A stretch of DNA of 63,864 bases, filler included, from Bigelowiella natans CCMP2755 (taxonomy: Eukaryota > Protista > Cercozoa): assembly GCA_000320545.1 (NCBI GenBank). It is 5 parts of 5 records of this genome, joined end to end, with 100 filler letters (N's around TTAATTAATTAA, not from the genome) between each part and the next. Parts side by side here need not be neighbours in the genome. Positions count along the whole stretch, not along the records: positions 31,913 to 57,092 come from ADNK01002420.1; positions 57,193 to 61,700 come from ADNK01000820.1; positions 61,801 to 63,864 come from ADNK01003679.1; 2 more parts are not named here. One strand, written 5' to 3'. Positions 51,580 to 62,956 of this stretch are shown here, piece by piece; position 1 is the first letter of the stretch; each line of letters opens with the position of its first letter. A program made the translations under genes and the position numbers. The notes beneath the pieces are model-generated. The model was not told where the DNA came from. It was given only the letters and a program-made list of their open reading frames with translations, and ran no database searches.

Positions 51580-51905
51580 TGTAGCGCGTACCACTACGCG
51601 GGCACAAGTCACGTGCGACAACAAAGGGGTTGTCGCGGATATAGAATATAGATAACGTAGATATTAATACAGCATAGGCACGTGGGTTCCGGCGGGACTC
51701 ATGGCAGCACACCGGAAGTGTGCTGCCCCACGTGCGGCGGCATTCGCGAAAGCTTCGCGAATGATTACGCAGTGCACGATTTAATAAAAATATAATCTTT
51801 AATAAAAATAAACACAACTCTTCAAAAGGAAGCAAACGTGCCTTTCCCCCCCCCTGCCTACTTGTGCACGTAGCGCCTCGGCCTGTGAACACCTTACGCG
51901 CAACA
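51580..51905 (+). repeat. 3' LTR
   Basis: Matches 46190-46515. Confidence 0.96.
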
Positions 51906-52191
51906 AGCTGGATACGCCTCAAGCAAGTGGGCAGGGCGGGTCGGGCTTGCGAGGTGGATTGATGAAACTCGAGAGAGTCACCCGAGATTTTCTTCCATTA
52001 GCAAAAAACTCAGATAAATATCATCCAAAAAGCTCAGATCTTGCCTTCCTTTCCAAAGCCGGGAACGTACCAAAAACGGACAGAAATTCATATTTTTCAC
52101 ATGCTCTGAATCTGTCTCAAAGAGAAAATCACCCGTGTTTTTACTTTTTCTATGGAGCTTGAACTCTGAATGCCCCTCAAAAAACAAAACA

Positions 52192-53474
52192 ATGGGGGCT
52201 GCGCAAACCACAGAGATCTCAGGCCTATCCCGCGAGGAGGTTGCGAAGGCGATTTTCAAACACCTCGATGATGACAACAGCAAGGTTTGTGCGCATAAAA
52301 TTCACTTTGCATCCAGATCTAGAGATGTAACATTTGCTTTCTCAGCGATTGGATGTGACGGAACTCGAGGGTCAGGGATGTGGAGACATGGTGAAGATGT
52401 ACTTCGCAAACAGGGAACAAACTATGGACGAAGTTCAATTCGTGAACGCCTTGCTTGCAAATTGGAAACTTGGTAAATACAAAGTTAAAGCTTTTTCTCA
52501 AGGAAAATAGTTATTTAACACAAACTATTCTCTCCACAACAATACATAGATAAGGATCCAGAATACGAGAAAAAGGCCCTTCAACTCATCGAGACCGCTA
52601 AGTCGGTGAAGGTGGGAACTGCTGATGAAGAAAAGAAACTCTCGGTAATAACATTCACTTTGAAGATTGTGAAGCAATAAGTACGATATAGCAACCACTT
52701 CAACCATCTAACTACAGGAATGCAAAGATAAAGCTGAAATGTGTGGCCTTGTCTTCGAAGCTCTGGATGATGACAAGAGCGGGTGAGTGTTGACCGTTAT
52801 CTTCATTGCGATCATTCGTCAGTATTTTTTCTCTTTAATAGATCTTTGGACCTAAAAGAAGTGATCAAGCAGCTGGATCCATACCATAAGAAAGCACAAT
52901 TTGTCCTGGTTGAAAGAAACCACTATGAGTTTGACCTGAAATTTGCAATGTACCCCTTACATAATCATTTTGATCTGCAGAAAGAGGGTGGCCAAGTCGA
53001 CTATTCTATGAAATATTGGGAGGATATTTTCAAAGGATATGACAAGGTGAATACTGTTCGATCGCAAACTAGAAAGCCACGAAGATTTTGATAACACCCT
53101 CATTATCTGCATCGTCGTCATCAACACTGCCATCTCCATCTGTTGGCTTGATACAACATTGTTCTCTGCAAATATTTCTTTAGGATAAGAACGGCCACGT
53201 ATGCAAAAAGGAATTTTCGTCTGCCCTCATCGAGAAATTCAAAGACAGTAATCACATAATCAAACTCTAACTTGGAACCGATCTAGTTTCGTTGAAATTC
53301 ATTGTTATAGTTCATTTTCAGTGCTCTGATAACATCTTTTGCTACGTAAATGATATCACAGAAGAGGAAAAATTATTTCTCTTGATCCTTGCAAAGATGC
53401 TGAAGTCCGCCAATATGATCAATGCTGCGAAGGGAAAGAAGGGAGAGACTGCAGAAGAAAAGAAGAAAGATTAA
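52192..53474 (+). CDS. N-myristoylated EF-hand calcium-binding protein, copy 2
   Basis: Paralog of 42459-43690 with the same exon structure; MGAAQTT start; stop TAA 53472-53474. Confidence 0.85.
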
Positions 53475-54260
53475 AACGTTTTCCACAAGTGTATTTCTAT
53501 ATTATAAAATATCAGCTGTGACATACATAATCTAAGCACTGTAGCCGCAGCTTTGCACAGCTACATTAGGATGACTATTAATAGAATGCAATGTCTTCAT
53601 TCATCATTACATCCGTCTCCTATACAGAAGTTGTTGTCCATCATGTGGCCCTTGAGCGAGGCCATGCACCCAATTTACCGATGCAACATTGGCTAAATTT
53701 CTGCACACACTTGAATTTTCATTTTGCGCTGGATCGTTGTATAATGTTTAGATGTTGTAAGATTGGTCGTTAAGAGCTCAAAGCTAGCAGGGAGTGCGGC
53801 ATGCCTCGCTTGTAGTCATCTATCTAAAGCCATATATTAGCAATGCAATTATGGCAAGACAATCAACATGTACGTGCAGTCGCTCCTGCTGCCCGCCGGC
53901 CGCGCACACATGCGCGTAACTAGCTACGCTACGCTGCTAGCTGGGTCTAGAAGTGCACACATACATACAGGCGCGACATGCACCCCTAGGTATAAATTAC
54001 TAATTCGCAAAATTTTGTCAAGTTTGACCAATTGTATCTAGCAATCAGCAATGATGATACTGTAGTCACAGCAGCTCTGGAAATTGATGTTGTGTGGCAA
54101 GTCTTAGAATCTGCTAGATGATCATCTAGGCAACGTTTTGATTTGCACATTCGCGCCGCGAGACTAGCGTAGCAGCGAGAGAATGACCTCCGGGCCGGCG
54201 CACATTTTTTTGGCTACGATGCGACACATTACATGCTGTAGTGCCGCGCACAAATGAAAA

Positions 54261-54621
54261 CACAACCAGCAGAAACTTGTAACATCAGCTTTGCGTGCAT
54301 GGTGGCCGCACCAAACTTCATCAAAAAGCTTGGAAAACCACAATAAAACATTCCACTTTGCATATTATGCATGTGCACTCCGGTGGACTCTGACGAGCTG
54401 CTGCATGCTAGCCTGGTGGCTTCCAGTGCGCTCAAACACCTTCACAACCAGCAGAAATTTGCAACATTGGCTCTGCGAGCATGCCAGCATGGCGGCCGCA
54501 CAACATTTTTTTTTTTCAAAAAGCTTGGAAAACCACAAAAAAAAACATTGCCATGCATTGCGAATGCACTCTGGTGGACTCTGACGAGCTTCTGCTGGCT
54601 TCCAATGCGCTCAAACACCCT
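54261..54621. repeat. Diverged tandem duplication of about 180 bp in a TpA-poor region
   Basis: Both units begin cacaaccagcagaaa and share tcaaaaagcttggaaaaccacaa, ggtggactctgacgagct and tgcgctcaaacacc. Confidence 0.85.
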
Positions 54622-55767
54622 TTAGCGTTGTGTTGAAAATTGAAGCGCGCAAAAGGTGCAAAAACTCGATTTTGAAATTTTTTTGCAACGTGACGTTCAT
54701 TCTCAAAAAAATGTTTTTTTGCTCCGAAATTCAAACCGTGTGTAACATTAGTTTGCCAAAAGTGTGCGCGATGCTCAATTGTGGATTTGCATGTCGTGCG
54801 ATCGAGCCATCGTGTTCAAAACAGCGTGAGAATTTTCCAAATCTGAGGGTTGGAAAAATGACAAAAAAACCCTGCAAAACCGCATGCAGAGCAGGAAATG
54901 CGCGCGCGTGCGCCCTGAAACTTGCTCGAGCGTTGTTTCTCACCATGTTCGAAAGTTTTCAAGCGTCACTTGGTGTGGTGTTGCGTTGCATGCTGCAGCA
55001 CCCAGAGTGTTACATGGTTTCTGCTGGTTGTGAATTCGCTGGTTCTAGAGTTTGATCGGCATTTTCTAGTTTTCTCAATATTCGTTTGAGCCTGGGAGCT
55101 TTCATTCGCACCTAGATGTACAGACTTGACGCGATTAGCCACATCCACAGTAGATCTGCACGCACATATAGTCTAGCATGGTCTCTGGCATCTTTGCTCT
55201 AGCTAGATTCGATCGCATGTTGGATCGCACATACATCAGCATAAATCTGACATTTAGACATTTTTATCTTGTAGCTTGAGAGCACGAGAGAGATCGATAA
55301 TCGATGAACTAGATGGCTCGCCATCGATCTGTGCGCGTGTAAGCCACAAACATGCACGATCGATCATTGCGGGTCCACATGTAGCAGCAGCCGCGCGCGC
55401 GGCAAACTAGCAAAGAACGACAGGAACGCCCAGAGCACGTTGCAGATATGCTGCATCGCAATCGATCGAATCGGCATATTTACTTGTGAATACAACTTTT
55501 TTGCTTTCTCGGTACATGTGAGAGCAACATCAAGTCCTCTAATCGTACTTCGCCGTCCTTGGAGGAGCAGCAGCAGGTTGATACCCACCCCCGTATCCTC
55601 CTCCTCCTCCTCCTCCTCCTCCTCCTTGATAACACAAAACACGCGGAAAGGCAACTTAACCCCGTTTTTACGTCGAGCAGATTAGCGTGTTGGAAGTAGA
55701 TACAGTGTGTGTATGTGTGTTTGTGCGTGTATGGGGGGATGTTTCAGAGTACTACATATTATACACG

Positions 55768-55816
<49 letters not shown>

Positions 55817-55890
55817 TATTATGCGATTACGATTCATGAATATTCCTTCTTCACAGACAACCCTTTGTCGCTTCGTGGCATTGGCTACTA

Positions 55891-55927
<37 letters not shown>

Positions 55928-56276
55928 CAAACTAGACGATTACCTCTGTTCACCATGTGCGAATTGCTATTGCCTTGGCCGCTCATCATTCCTCCGGAAT
56001 TTCCTACGACACACGCGGGTCAAGGGAAGGGGCAGCAAGCACGCTTGTATAGCAGAAAGGCCAGCGCGTGCGGTTCATGATATATTGGTGAATACTGTGC
56101 GACGGACATGCATACCGACCAACATACCGTAGTTCCCATAGTTGGTTTGCGAAGGAGCGGTCGCTGCCGCAGCGGCGTGTGGGTTGTAATATGACGGCTT
56201 GCTGGCCCCGCCCCCCTGCGACTTCTTGTCTTTGCTGTGGAGGGAGGGAGGGAGGGAGGGAGAGAATAAATTATGA

Positions 56277-56311
<35 letters not shown>

Positions 56312-56739
56312 TATTTTTTTGATGCCACGAGTTGGTTTTGCGCTTGTCCCCCCACCCCCCACCTCTTCTCCAACCAAGAGCGTAAAGTTAAACGATAGAC
56401 ACCATAACTATCAAAGGAAGGGCGCTCCCTTGGCTACGCGGCAAAGTCTCAGCACCACTGCTACTACCACACTGCTATACTATATACGATCACAACAGCA
56501 GCATTCGCGACGACTACTATGACTACTAAGACTACTGCTTCTTCTTCTACTGCATCGCCTAATGCTGCTACTTTCCAAATCCAAAATACGCAAAGAGGTT
56601 CTTCATTGAGAACTCAGCGCCGCCCCTACAAAAAAGGACGAGTGGTGAAGGGGGGGAGGGGGGGGGGGAAGGGGGGGAACCAATCGGGGGGTTTAAAAAA
56701 ATTGGTCGTTGGGAAGAAAGGGAAAACTTCACCACACAC

Positions 56740-56781
<42 letters not shown>

Positions 56782-57092
56782 ACTCCAAGATATGGAGGAA
56801 AAGTCTATCACATAACTATTGTCGTTGGATGCTTCTTGTTGTTAATGGGTCTCATCGCACTAGGAAGTAGAAGCGTTGACGGATATGATGCCCCATCGCC
56901 TCCTACATTTTCCATAAGCGCTACCGCAAATTCGAAAGGGGATCTTTCTTATGCTACACAGCATGAAAATAACCCAGATGGTGGGACTGGTGGTGATATC
57001 AAACAAGATAACAATATAAATAAGCAGTTTTGCAGCTCTTGGATGATACTTCTTCATCAAGTAGCCAGAATAGCGATCTCCCTCCTCTTACT

Positions 57093-57192
57093 NNNNNNNN
57101 NNNNNNNNNNNNNNNNNNNNNNNNNNNNNNNNNNNNTTAATTAATTAANNNNNNNNNNNNNNNNNNNNNNNNNNNNNNNNNNNNNNNNNNNN
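57093..57192. other. Artificial contig linker
   Basis: N-TTAATTAATTAA-N. Confidence 0.97.
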
Positions 57193-57258
57193 TGTTAAAG
57201 TATGGCTGCCCAAAAAAGTAACATCAAGATTACATCTGTGCTATTGTAGAAGCATGCC

Positions 57259-57300
<42 letters not shown>

Positions 57301-58088
57301 TTTATTCATAATTCATTGGCATCTATAGTGTGCCATTGTTCGGTTTCGTAAGTCGCAAACGGTCCAATGGGGCCAAAACTGATGTATCAACAAGCAATGC
57401 TAAAATTTCACACACTGTTTTGTAATCATCCTTGCTAGCTTGTGATGAAGCGTTTGTGTGGTTCATTTGTGATGCTCGTAGATGGTGTGCTGCATGTATA
57501 AGTGCGCACATGAGCAATGGGTCTAGCTAGTTGCATGTGTGCACATGCATCGTGTCACGATGCGATGCAATCATCAATGCTGCAATCTCGCAATGTGATG
57601 TCATGATGTGATGTGATGAACTCGCATGCATTGTTGACTGTGAACGCGGTGACACAGAGACACGTGTGAACACTGAATGATTGTCATGCAAAGAACACGT
57701 GGACAGGTCACATTGCCATGCGCAGCCATGTGCAATGCATGCAACATGCATGCCCCATCTCATGCAACGTACAGAAGAAATCAGACGAGTAGTGATTGCA
57801 CAATTAAGCGACTGCTGCGCGATCGAAATGCGCGACATTTCAAGACTCAAGACCGATCGATCGAAACAATGACATGCAATGAGATTGCATGATTGCACGA
57901 AACGCATCTAGCTAGTAGTGTGGGGAGCGAATGCATCTCATTGCTAGCTGATCCACAGGCTGTTATTAGGTGCATGCATGCTGCATATGGACACCAATTT
58001 GTAGACGCTATGATCGCTGTATATACATAGCGAATATATATGCCAAACGGACTCATAGCCGCGCACAAGTGAAATATTGCCCACCGTG

Positions 58089-59519
58089 ATGATCACGCGC
58101 AGCGCGCGTGGCAACAACAAGCACCAGACACCCAAAAAGGGAAGAAAGCACAAAAAGAACCAACACGCAACGTTGGATCTCGATTCAGAATGCAATGATG
58201 ACGACTGTGGCTCTGATAGGAAAAGTCATGATCTGTCTCAATGCCTTCGCGAAGTTACTTCAACACTGTCTGCAACAATGGAACGCAAAGAAACTCCTCA
58301 GTGGAACACAATGAAAAAATTGTGTGAAATGCTGACCACAATGGTCCAGTTAGTTGATGAGAAACAACAACAATTGCAGCAAGATCAAAAAGACATGCAG
58401 GAGGAAAACGCTGGGCTTAAAAACAAATTACTGAAACTTGAAGAAGAACTGACTTATATCAAGGAACATCAGAAGAATGGCACAATGGAAGCTCAACCCT
58501 CCTCGATGCAACGGACCTCGAGAACTTACGCTAGTGTCACAACCTCATCACGCGCTGATGAACCTCATGGTCGAGATAAATATCCTGAAGCAGAAGTACA
58601 AAGACTAGCTGAGCGAAAGAATAGCCAGAGTTGGCAAGTTCCAAAAAGTCACGCCAGGAATCAAAGGAAATACAACCGGAAGTATAAACAGAACGTGCTC
58701 ATATTGGAACTTGACAAAAAAGCCATGCTGCAAGCGGGGGGCGCCATTATGGCCTCCGGCGACCCATGTCGCACTGTTCTCACTGGCAAAAAAAAACATG
58801 CCAACGAACCAACAAGTGAGGAAACAAACACAGCAGATCCGAGGGATGAAAACCGCGACACACTGACAGAAGTTAACACCGAGGAAGAAGAGACTAAATG
58901 CCTAGCCGGAAAGAACGTAGAGGATTTGAACCCATCCAGTGAAAAAAAAGATGTTCCAGATATTGGGAAAAACCTGTCCAAAATAACTCCAAAGTTGATC
59001 GATGCACTAGGATTGAACGAATTCCAAATGCACGTAGCTTTCCAAGCGAAATATGGGAAGGACTTTCAAGGAATCCAATTCAAATCTAGAAATAAAACCC
59101 ACCTAAAAGTGTTCTTCAAAGGCTCCAGAGAATCTAAGATGGATGCTTACCTGGATCTGCTTAACACCGAACATCAGTTAGGACAAGGATCATTCCTTCC
59201 CTCACTCTTTGGATTAGTGACCACAGTCAGAGCAGCTAAGTCAAGGCCAAGTAAGCACTCTGTAGTTCTGAGAGGCCCAAGGCTGGGACCTAACGAGCAG
59301 GAAAAATCAACACGAATTGGAATCATCAAGCAGATAATCGAAACCAACATCGATGTAAAAGTCGCAGCAATAGAACCTCTCGGCAAGGGCCCTCTACTTC
59401 AGCTGTTTGTGCACTCGCATGAAGAGGCCACCAAACTGCTGAATTCACAAATCACATATCAGGGCAGCTACCTACGATTCAGGGCATATGAAAACAGAAG
59501 GACACGTAAATATGGTTAA
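58089..59519 (+). CDS. LINE ORF1 protein (coiled coil plus RRM-like C-terminus)
   Basis: About 476-aa ORF directly upstream of ORF2; heptad-rich QQDQKDMQEENAGLKNKLLKLEEEL; TYASV motif. Confidence 0.75.
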   Translation: MITRSARGNNKHQTPKKGRKHKKNQHATLDLDSECNDDDCGSDRKSHDLSQCLREVTSTLSATMERKETPQWNTMKKLCEMLTTMVQLVDEKQQQLQQDQKDMQEENAGLKNKLLKLEEELTYIKEHQKNGTMEAQPSSMQRTSRTYASVTTSSRADEPHGRDKYPEAEVQRLAERKNSQSWQVPKSHARNQRKYNRKYKQNVLILELDKKAMLQAGGAIMASGDPCRTVLTGKKKHANEPTSEETNTADPRDENRDTLTEVNTEEEETKCLAGKNVEDLNPSSEKKDVPDIGKNLSKITPKLIDALGLNEFQMHVAFQAKYGKDFQGIQFKSRNKTHLKVFFKGSRESKMDAYLDLLNTEHQLGQGSFLPSLFGLVTTVRAAKSRPSKHSVVLRGPRLGPNEQEKSTRIGIIKQIIETNIDVKVAAIEPLGKGPLLQLFVHSHEEATKLLNSQITYQGSYLRFRAYENRRTRKYG

Positions 59520-61653
59520 TCATTTGAATCTCCCCTACTACTACCAAAACATACGCAGTAAAAACGGAACTGAACAAGGCAGGCAAAGAATAAATAGAAG
59601 ATATAATATGTTAACAGAAATGATAACCACCAACAACATCGAACTCGCCTGGTTTGGGGAAGGCCGCCTCAAAGAATCGGAGAGGCTGCATCCTCCAGCG
59701 GGATACGAAGTGATTCGGACGAGCGGCTCCTCTGGGAGCTTTGGATTAAGAAAAAAGAACACAGATATAATTCATATACCTATAGATGATAACAATTACG
59801 ATATTAGTTTTTTCATACACAGCATTGAAAAATATGCTGTCATAATGGTGTACCTCCAGCCACACCAAAACATCTCACATCTGAAAGAGAGATTAGATTT
59901 CATAATGAACATCATTCGGAAACAGAAATGGAAAAAATACATCATCGTGGGGGACACTAATGCTAAACACTCCACCTACGATGTCCGAAACCAAGAAGAT
60001 AGACGTGGCAGATACCTACACCAGTGGTTGTCGGATAACAACATCATGATGGTCAACCCTGGGGAAGCCACATATTTCAGAAAAGGAAACACAAGCACAC
60101 TTGATCATGTGCTGTGCTCCTCAAACTTCGCACACCAAATAGAATATCAGATGGCCAACACCACGACAAGTGACCATTTCGGTATCCACTTTGGAAAACC
60201 TGTGGCAATCCATCAACAGACTTCACCAATGATATATGACATCGACAAATTCGATGTAAAACGATTTGACGAAAAATTGAATAATATTACCGAACGCTTG
60301 CACCAGCGCATACTAAACGTTCAATCGGAGGCTGATGCAAAAAAGCTTGAACGCTGGTTCTGGGACTTTACCGGAAAAGCTTTTAATAGCTGCACACCTA
60401 AAAAACGACAACGTTGGAGTCCAATCAAGCCATACCAAAACGACAAAAAATATAAATCCATCAAAGATCAACAAGAAAAATTATTTAGATCCTTGAAACA
60501 CGAAAGGAAATTTCGGAAGAGAAAATTATTAGAAACCAAGATCCAAGAAATCAACGCCGAACTTGAACGAACCACCGAAACCCTTCAGTACGAAGCATGG
60601 CAATTATTCTTGTCTCGCTTCGAAAAATACAACAATGGGAATCATACCAGAATGCTGTACAAATTATTCCAAAAATCCAGAGGGCGGGATAAATTCGGAG
60701 GACTCGATGGCGAAACCTCTGAAGAAAAAAAATGTGAAGTGTGTGTTGCCAAATGGAAACATATCTACAAACCACACCCGTCAGACAAGAAAAATCGAAC
60801 CTTTCACGCTGAAACTGAGGCCTGGAGAAATACCTTCAGGAAAAATGAAGACAAAAAGATCCACAGTGTTAATTCATACAACAGAGATTTTTCTATGCAT
60901 GAACTAAGAAACGTGATCAACAAAGCATCACCGTACAAGTCTCCTGGCGATGATGGTGTTCACCTAAACATGTTGAAAAAAAGCAAGAAACTCCATCAAC
61001 TGTGGTTAGCTACATTCAACACGTCATATAGATGGGGTACCCGAGATGGCTCACGTAAGGCGGCCATTTTTTGTCTCATCCCTAAGGCCAACAAAGAACT
61101 TAACACCCCTCTCAACGGGAGAACGATTTCTCTCCTACAAATAGCTTCAAAAATAGAAGACAAACTAATAGAACAACGGCTCCGCGAAGCTATACCCCCC
61201 AAAAACATTAGCATACATCAGTATGCATTCATGAAAAATCGATCCTGCGAAACTGCACTCACAAAGATGACGCAGTCAATCGAGGATGGAGTATATAACA
61301 AAAAGCTTGCAGCCATCCTGTTGTTTACAGATGCCTCTAAAGCTTATCCAAAAGCCTGGCATTCCGGCATGATACGCAAGTTACATGACAAATACGGAAT
61401 ACGAGGCTCGCTATTGCTGTGGATCGACGACTGGCTCAGAGATCGTACCGCCAGATTCAGATTTGGCAATACTCTCTCTGAGCACATGAACCTTGGGAGC
61501 GGCGTCCCCGAAGGATCATCTCTCAGCTGTTTCCTTTTCATAACCTATTACGACATTTACGAACATATTACCAACACAGATTCCAAATATACTGTGACGA
61601 CGTTACCCCCTACAAATTGTTTTTCGCCAAACCGATGGGGAAAATGCAGATGA
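59488..61653 (+). CDS. LINE ORF2 (APE endonuclease plus reverse transcriptase); frameshift just before YCDD
   Basis: YQNIRS, GDTNAKH, TLDHVL, SDH; KSPGDDG, IPK, RTISLL, QYAF, DASKAY, GVPEGSSLS; YCDD at 61590-61601 lies in another frame. Confidence 0.93.
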   Translation: MKTEGHVNMVNHLNLPYYYQNIRSKNGTEQGRQRINRRYNMLTEMITTNNIELAWFGEGRLKESERLHPPAGYEVIRTSGSSGSFGLRKKNTDIIHIPIDDNNYDISFFIHSIEKYAVIMVYLQPHQNISHLKERLDFIMNIIRKQKWKKYIIVGDTNAKHSTYDVRNQEDRRGRYLHQWLSDNNIMMVNPGEATYFRKGNTSTLDHVLCSSNFAHQIEYQMANTTTSDHFGIHFGKPVAIHQQTSPMIYDIDKFDVKRFDEKLNNITERLHQRILNVQSEADAKKLERWFWDFTGKAFNSCTPKKRQRWSPIKPYQNDKKYKSIKDQQEKLFRSLKHERKFRKRKLLETKIQEINAELERTTETLQYEAWQLFLSRFEKYNNGNHTRMLYKLFQKSRGRDKFGGLDGETSEEKKCEVCVAKWKHIYKPHPSDKKNRTFHAETEAWRNTFRKNEDKKIHSVNSYNRDFSMHELRNVINKASPYKSPGDDGVHLNMLKKSKKLHQLWLATFNTSYRWGTRDGSRKAAIFCLIPKANKELNTPLNGRTISLLQIASKIEDKLIEQRLREAIPPKNISIHQYAFMKNRSCETALTKMTQSIEDGVYNKKLAAILLFTDASKAYPKAWHSGMIRKLHDKYGIRGSLLLWIDDWLRDRTARFRFGNTLSEHMNLGSGVPEGSSLSCFLFITYYDIYEHITNTDSKYTVTTLPPTNCFSPNRWGKCR

Positions 61654-61700
61654 TATCCAGCCGACCTAACCAATGACGGACTGGTGCATGAAATGGCGGA

Positions 61701-61800
61701 NNNNNNNNNNNNNNNNNNNNNNNNNNNNNNNNNNNNNNNNNNNNTTAATTAATTAANNNNNNNNNNNNNNNNNNNNNNNNNNNNNNNNNNNNNNNNNNNN
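61701..61800. other. Artificial contig linker
   Basis: N-TTAATTAATTAA-N. Confidence 0.97.
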
Positions 61801-62241
61801 AGAGGGGGCAAAAAATACCCACCATCCGCCCCCCAGGCCCCCAAACCCCAACCCACGCGCCCCGACCCAAATGCCGGAAAAGCCTTGTTTGTTTGGGGTT
61901 ACCTCACCACCCCCCAAAAGACCAGAACCCCCTGCCGCCCCTCCCCCCCCCCCTTTCCGAGTTTCTGATAAATGATCGGTGCGGCTTGTGTTTTGAAGGT
62001 GGGCGGGGGAGGGACGCAAGTGGATCTTGTTCTTTCAGGTGTGTAAAGTCAACCCAAACAAACAGCTTAATCTGCCATATCGCTCTGCGACGCTGTATCG
62101 GTATAGAGGCACTGAGCGCCGATGCTGGCATTTTTGCACACTCTTTGACAGGACACCAACGGGCTGATATTTCAAGCCGTACCAGCCTTGGTAGTAGCAA
62201 GCTATGGCGATGACGAGGATCGATATTCGGATTTTATCTGA

Positions 62242-62280
<39 letters not shown>

Positions 62281-62811
62281 GACACATGTGTGAGCGGGCG
62301 ACTCAAAGAGCGATGAATAGTTATCGTGAGTGCTAATCGACATCGTCGTTATACGATAGATTGGCGTTTCAAAGCACTTAGAGCTCGAGGTGAACACGCT
62401 CACGGTTCCACGAAAACCAGGTGGTGGTGGTGATAATGCTGTCATCGAGAGAGTGTATGAAAAATAGCCTGCGAGAGATATATGATGATTACGAGTTTGA
62501 GTGAATAGTTGTATATACTCATACGTGAGAAGCACAGTCGGAGTCGATTCGCAGCTGACGCCTCTCCTGCACATGGAGCTTTTAAAATGTTGTGTGTTCC
62601 AGTATGCAGTCGTAATGTCGCAGTGTGTACCCCCTAGCATTAGTGCGAGGGTGATGAGATGCGCGGTGGTAGCAGCACTTAGTACTGTTCATTATTTGTT
62701 GTAGGAGAGTCGGTTGGCTCTATATGCAAGCTCAAGCACGAGACCTCTGGAAAGAAACTTACGGTTAATGTCGAGGTCGGTGTGTGCATAATGCACGCGC
62801 GCGGAGAGAGC

Positions 62812-62845
<34 letters not shown>

Positions 62846-62915
62846 GGTGGGGGAAGGGGGGAAAGCCACAACAATGCGTATACAAACAATAGGCATAAAA
62901 CGTGTAGTCTACTAA

Positions 62916-62956
<41 letters not shown>

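Larger units (their letters stand above)
46190..51905 (+). mobile_element. Intact young Ty3/Gypsy LTR retrotransposon with 4-bp TSD AGCT
   Basis: Two 326-bp LTRs that look identical (TGTAGCGCGTA...TACGCGCAACA); AGCT at 46186-46189 and 51906-51909; PPT gggggagg at 51572-51579; PBS-like TGGCTTCCACACACGGGA at 46521; order gag-PR-RT-RH-IN. Confidence 0.97.
58000..61700 (+). mobile_element. Non-LTR retrotransposon (LINE, APE-RT type), cut off at the contig end; 5' boundary approximate
   Basis: ORF1 plus overlapping ORF2 with APE endonuclease and RT motifs. Confidence 0.92.

Noticed and set aside
55560-57092. Probable exons of further genes here, at 32060-32800 and at 61960-63864
   Set aside because: Intron-like microsatellites suggest genes, but I could not assemble a reliable frame or product.
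61570-61700. Programmed frameshift before LINE YCDD
   Set aside because: Within about 120 bp of the contig end where quality is likely low; sequencing error or decay is more plausible.
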